Source: Diadema antillarum
Lineage: Eukaryota
Direction of reading: 5' to 3'
Length of the DNA stretch: 64,000 bases
Assembly: GCF_040938485.1 (NCBI RefSeq)
Contig: NW_027270983.1
Span: forward strand, 2,418,001-2,482,000
The notes below the pieces were generated by a model. The model was not told the DNA's origin, ran no database searches, and was given only the letters and a program-made list of their open reading frames with translations. Positions 62,301-64,000 of the stretch are shown here, piece after piece (positions within the stretch are counted from its first letter, which is position 1; the number at the start of each line of letters is the position of its first letter). The translations under genes and the position numbers were made by a program.

Positions 62301-63875
62301 CATCGTAACCCGTGTCAATTCCTGATGGATTCCGTGGGCTACGATTAGGCGGTGAAAAAATTTTTGGTCATGTTTAAAATTTTGTCACGGATTTCAATTC
62401 CATATTGATATCCGAATTGACCCGGTTCGAACCGCATTGACTCGCATCGACCCGCTGCTACCCGCAGCGCAAAACCGTATGGACCCTTGCCGTATACCGC
62501 ATTGCCTTCACGCAACGGATGATGACAAGGTTTACGGTACGGGTCGAAGCTTGTCGGCACAGGTCGATAGGGGTCGAAAAGGATTCAGTTAAGGATTTAT
62601 TAAGCGGTTATTATACGGTTCGATACTTGTCACGGGTCTCTACGGCTCGAACCTGGTCGATACGGTTTTAATTCCTTATGGACCCGGTTCGAAATCCGGC
62701 CGTGTGTGACTGTAGCATAAATTTTTCTCAATTCCGGGACTAATCCGGCTCATTTTCACTCGGATGAAATCCGTTTTGTGACCCGGCCGTGTGTGACTCT
62801 AGCATTAATTCACCAATCATTACTTTAGAGTCTACATTGTACAAGCTTCTGCTTTTAAGCAAGTTCTTAATGTTACACTTTATCAAATCTGTTTTATATA
62901 AATCTGTTTGTTGTTGCATTTTTCTTTTGAACAAGTGCAAAGTGCACTACTTTTTCTTCTTTTTCTTTTCTTTGTTTCTTTTGATCTGTGGCACAATGAA
63001 TCAAACAAGAAATGCCATGTTTATCTAAAAAAAAAAAAAAATGCATTTTATGATCATCCATGGAGTTCCAAATGCTGCAGAATGTACCTTCAGACGCTTT
63101 TTATTTCAAATCACAGGTCATTTGCGTGGCTCGCAACCCCAAGGATGTCCTGAACTCACTCTACAACATGGTGATGAGGGTTGAGACCAAGCCACCGGAC
63201 TTTAGTTGGGAGTTATTGCTGGGTGTATTTCTGGAAGACAGTAAGTGCACTCTGCCATGATAGTGACAACAGGAATACATTTTAAACGTTTACCTCTCCA
63301 CTACCCGAGACATGGCTGGCGCAACGTTTTAAAAGTGTGTGTGTCGGGGGGGGGGGGGCAGTTCATATATCTGGTGCTACTCACGGATTTCCTCAACTGA
63401 CAAGGGAAAAAAAGATAGATTAATAAAAATTAAGGTCTTCAGCGCAACTTTCTGCTGCGCCAGTTCCGGGTTTCTTCAACTGGCAAGCAAAACACCACAC
63501 ACACGCACAAAACAAAAAAAAAAGACACACAAAAAAAGTAACCACTTTTTTTTTCTCGTGCAACTTCCTGGGTTAAAAAAAAGTAGGGCCAAGTAGTTAG
63601 GCCCTATGTATTCCTATGTATTATCCCCCCCCCCCCTCCACCAACCCTCCTTGCCCTGGCCCCGCGAGAGATTATTTGATTAACTCATCTTCATTTCATT
63701 AGGATTCAAAAAGTACTAATTATTTCTGATGACTCGTATCATATAATATTTTGCTTTATTTTCTTCTTGTGCTGCAGAAGACGCTTTTGGACCCTGGCGT
63801 GATCACGTCAGGGAATTCTGGAAAATCAGGGAAAAGAAAAACGCTGCATTTTTCTTCTATGAGAGTATGAGAAAG
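53338..63875 (+). CDS. SULT: Cytosolic sulfotransferase copy E, 3'-partial; exons 53338-53488, 56389-56648, 63117-63240, 63778-63875
   Basis: Four in-frame GT-AG exons of 151/260/124/98 nt matching B and D; the last two exons are expected beyond the window end. Confidence 0.92.
54373..56285. mobile_element. 1.9-kb non-coding insertion, candidate solo LTR
   Basis: TG...CA ends with imperfect inverted termini TGTGACAAAAA / TTTTCGCCACA; absent from intron 1 of D; no pol homology; TSD not clean (GTAAT/TTTAT). Confidence 0.45.
57477..60533 (-). CDS. LINE ORF2: APE endonuclease + reverse transcriptase, 1018 aa
   Basis: APE motifs FNCRS, LTETW, GGGV, GDFN, TLIDNIF, SDHF; RT motifs YRPISILS, FDLSKAFD, GVPQGSVLGP, YADD, FLG; C-terminal YNTR...YTGPVLWNDLP typical of the L2/Crack group. 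Confidence 0.96.
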   Translation of the reverse strand: MMLMFTYRHLCVTCRRQIPDDHNQECINCLQESSEDANPMFDRYKLLIEDVNYILPHEYDNAVNDVFSSNPKVLSIVHFNCRSIKKSLDNLTTVLASISNSFSLIALTETWLCNHESITIPGYTFIGSGRKNKRGGGVACMMQSSMRYKRREDLDIFNDNIETIVAEIQCNHINAILAIIYRPPGQSVIEFMHLLETFLAKVTRERKICYLIGDFNIDLLSSSSTSHRNNFFDLLATFSFLPLILKPTRITANTATLIDNIFTNNAKNVMKTGIIMADVSDHFGIFTIVDHHNCPSLNVKPKVYKRIITEENIYKFQSRLIDMNWQTVYAINDVDGMYDSFIQQFLNIYNQCFPLKEKRTPRSSINLWFTDDIKKLCRKKNMLYRKYIKSPTQYRRSIYVKYRNMVNSAIRFRKREYYSNMFENVRNDMKGTWQLISSVLNRTRNDVQNLEIKHDGEVISDPQTVVNTFNIFFSNIGSKLAQSLPESDSNSMQFLPHISFSHSFFLQPIHVDEIIKIVRELKTNKSSGFDDIDPSVVKKSIYYFVTPLCHIFNSSIEKGIFPENLKVAKVIPIYKKGEKNVLSNYRPISILSVFSKIFEKLVHTRLMSYLSQNDVLFNKQFGFRQKYSTYMALLDFIDKITTSIENKNLLVGIFFDLSKAFDCIDHTILLSKLQFYGIRGTALNWIKSYLSNRVQYVTYNGFSSPRVTVNIGVPQGSVLGPLLFILYINDLQYASKYLELISYADDTSFFISCEDIQSISAILNCELEKVNQWFIANKLKLNADKTSCIIFRPRNKVVSIDNFDVNIAEFKIPVVCFTKFLGVIIDDHLTWRYHVNEVCCKVFRAIGAINSIRAIVPSEVLIKLYYTLIMPHLSYCNIIWGNCAKYLLERIFILQKRAIRMISNLSFFSHTGPLFKQHNLLTIFDMHKFFLAVFMYTYMNNILPKFLDTSFIQNKNYYNTRQMNRLHIPNFKYCVSRYTFKYTGPVLWNDLPNVIKLSNRLSIFKRRYKFFLVHKDML
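60858..61601 (-). CDS. LINE ORF1, 247 aa, coiled coil + L1-like RRM/CTD nucleic-acid chaperone
   Basis: Heptad-rich N-terminal half, then EQYSRRNCLRLFGYPE...DIERSHRVG...PRGIIVKF...EDLT...AWSKDGRI, the L1-ORF1-like signature. Confidence 0.88.
   Translation of the reverse strand: MASVPPSTRSKTKEVREVTQSSLIQDIMKYLLTNKQFLSVIEESVNRRLTELEGEVDKQKGDIHDLQIANKKKEMEIARLKEKLERQENNLQKVNNSLNEQEQYSRRNCLRLFGYPEKRGENTDEIIVGLAKDVLRVDLQESDIERSHRVGARKMRKDGTESPRGIIVKFKAYKKRQEMIAHRRNLKGKKMVLVEDLTQKNQELLNSARSNKNVENAWSKDGRIIVLLKGNKKVTKVIHNEKEIKSL
62206..62804. mobile_element. PIF/Harbinger-like MITE with a duplicated right end
   Basis: TTA TSD (62203-62205, 62805-62807); TIR TGCTAGAGTCACACACGGCCGG; an extra internal right TIR ends at 62717. 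Confidence 0.85.
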
Positions 63876-64000
63876 GTAAACAGAAAAAAAAAAACAGCAA
63901 CTCGATCACTACCATGTTTCGTTCATTCTTTAAGGATTAGCATTCAGCATTTTTTTTGTAAATGGCATGGAAACTGAGGAGAGCCTCCTTCCTATACGGA

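Noticed and set aside
8436-63875. SULT copies as uncollapsed haplotypes or assembly artefacts
   Set aside because: The copies differ by many substitutions, have different transposon insertions and show distinct exon 3 sequences, which fits real paralogs.

Overview
AT-rich metazoan genomic DNA with two assembly gaps (10602-10732, 28937-29075) and no prokaryotic features. The repeat content (Deu-type tRNA SINEs, Crack/L2-group LINEs, TTAA Kolobok-like MITEs) suggests an invertebrate deuterostome, probably an echinoderm such as a sea urchin (inference). The window is a + strand tandem array of five spliced cytosolic PAPS-dependent sulfotransferase (SULT) genes, assembled here by hand from splice sites because the ORF track fragments them. 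Copy A shows only its last 2 exons and is divergent. Copies B, C and D are complete (311/314/311 aa, 6 coding exons). Copy E shows its first 4 coding exons. B-E each appear to have a ~42-nt non-coding first exon preceded by a DR1/HNF4-like site. Introns and spacers carry many mobile elements, including an apparently intact 4.9-kb LINE antisense in intron 2 of copy E. Most notable observations: hypervariable substrate loops; accelerated replacement in copy C; loss of the RKG arginine; a 12-aa lid-like insertion; a 47-nt 3'UTR element more conserved than the coding sequence; hammerhead-like motifs; a nested inverted-repeat insertion resembling a site-specific recombination product; and a ~70-bp palindromic mini-element family. 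All alignments and counts are by eye.
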